From Klebsiella sp. (GTDB lineage: Bacteria > Pseudomonadota > Gammaproteobacteria > Enterobacterales > Enterobacteriaceae), in NCBI GenBank assembly GCA_036498385.1, contig DASYFN010000101.1:5846-29845 (forward strand): a stretch of DNA of 24,000 nucleotides. The letters run 5' to 3'. Below are positions 23,581-24,000 of the stretch, piece by piece. Below the pieces are notes generated by a model, which was not told the origin of the DNA, did no database searches, and was given only the letters and a program-made list of their open reading frames with translations. A program made the translations under genes and the position numbers. Numbering within the stretch: position 1 is the first letter of the stretch; each line of letters starts with the position of its first letter.

Positions 23581-24000
23581 TTATTGAGTGGAAATGAGAA
23601 TTTTGTATATTTTTTCCAGGTCGTCGATATTTTGCACGCGGATCAGCAGACGACGTTGTTCTAATTGCATAACCAGCACGCCATCTTCCGATAAATTCAT
23701 CTCTTTAATGCGCTTATATTCGATCCAGATATTAGCGAAAAAAAAGCCCTGTTTTTTGAAGATGATTTTGGGCGAACGGATCCAGAAAAGATATAACCCC
23801 ATTAAGGCCAGGGCAGATAATAACCAGGTGGTGATAAATTCGCCCTGGCTGGCAATATTGTTATAAATCAGGATGGCAATGAGGCCGACGAAGATAATGC
23901 CATCGACGCGATTGCGGCGGAGCAGGGGGATAGCCAGTAAAACAGGGCCATTACGGCGCGGCATGATGAACTGGTCGTAAACCGCAAACGCGAGCAGAAC
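23581..24000 (-). CDS. yobD: Inner-membrane protein YobD (5' end outside the window)
   Basis: The reading frame stays open to the window edge (...[40 protein letters not shown]...). The C-terminus [27 protein letters not shown] matches E. coli YobD (152 aa). The track M at 23964 is internal. Confidence 0.85.
   Translation of the reverse strand, partial: VLLAFAVYDQFIMPRRNGPVLLAIPLLRRNRVDGIIFVGLIAILIYNNIASQGEFITTWLLSALALMGLYLFWIRSPKIIFKKQGFFFANIWIEYKRIKEMNLSEDGVLVMQLEQRRLLIRVQNIDDLEKIYKILISTQ

Noticed and set aside
1-24000. Scan for CRISPR arrays, tRNA/rRNA, IS elements or inverted terminal repeats, integrases, and toxin-antitoxin or defence-system gene pairs
   Set aside because: I found no regularly spaced repeats, no tRNA-like cloverleaf candidates, and no transposase, integrase or phage-like ORFs. 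Every ORF above about 100 aa that survives scrutiny is a recognisable core gene, apart from the VirK-like gene and the PBP3 paralogue.

Overview
This is an enterobacterial core-chromosome segment. It is collinear, in inverted orientation, with the E. coli K-12 yobD-holE interval as I recall it, and the protein sequences look Salmonella/Citrobacter-like.

Gene order:
- holE' (-)
- yobA(copC)-yebZ(copD)-yebY (+)
- the overlapping SdsR/RyeA sRNA pair
- a small accessory islet (-): a decayed coding remnant, an untracked 47-aa membrane ORF and a VirK/YbjX DUF535 paralogue
- pphA (+)
- yebW, yebV, rsmF, letB, letA (-)
- msrC, proQ, prc, htpX (+)
- yebQ (-)
- kdgR (+)
- yobH (-)
- mgrB, yebO (+)
- about 600 bp of AT-rich DNA with no assigned gene
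- yobF-cspC (+)
- a second ftsI-like class B PBP (PBP3SAL-type) followed by rlmA (+)
- mntP (-), with a yybP-ykoY Mn riboswitch and MntR-like and Fur-like operators
- yobD' (-)

Relative to K-12 there are two insertions: the VirK-like islet beside SdsR, and the extra PBP3 between cspC and rlmA.

I saw no tRNA, rRNA, CRISPR array, IS element, transposase, integrase or phage gene. I also see no convincing wholly new multi-gene system.

The points most worth a second look are:
- the VirK-like gene with its unannotated downstream peptide and the adjacent gene debris
- an orphan promoter/terminator pair in the yebO-yobF gap
- repeat motifs upstream of the PBP3 paralogue, and its SSD variant of the SxN motif
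- MntR-type palindromes, one of which may double as the yobD terminator

All homology statements come from my memory of E. coli and Salmonella protein sequences. No database search was run.
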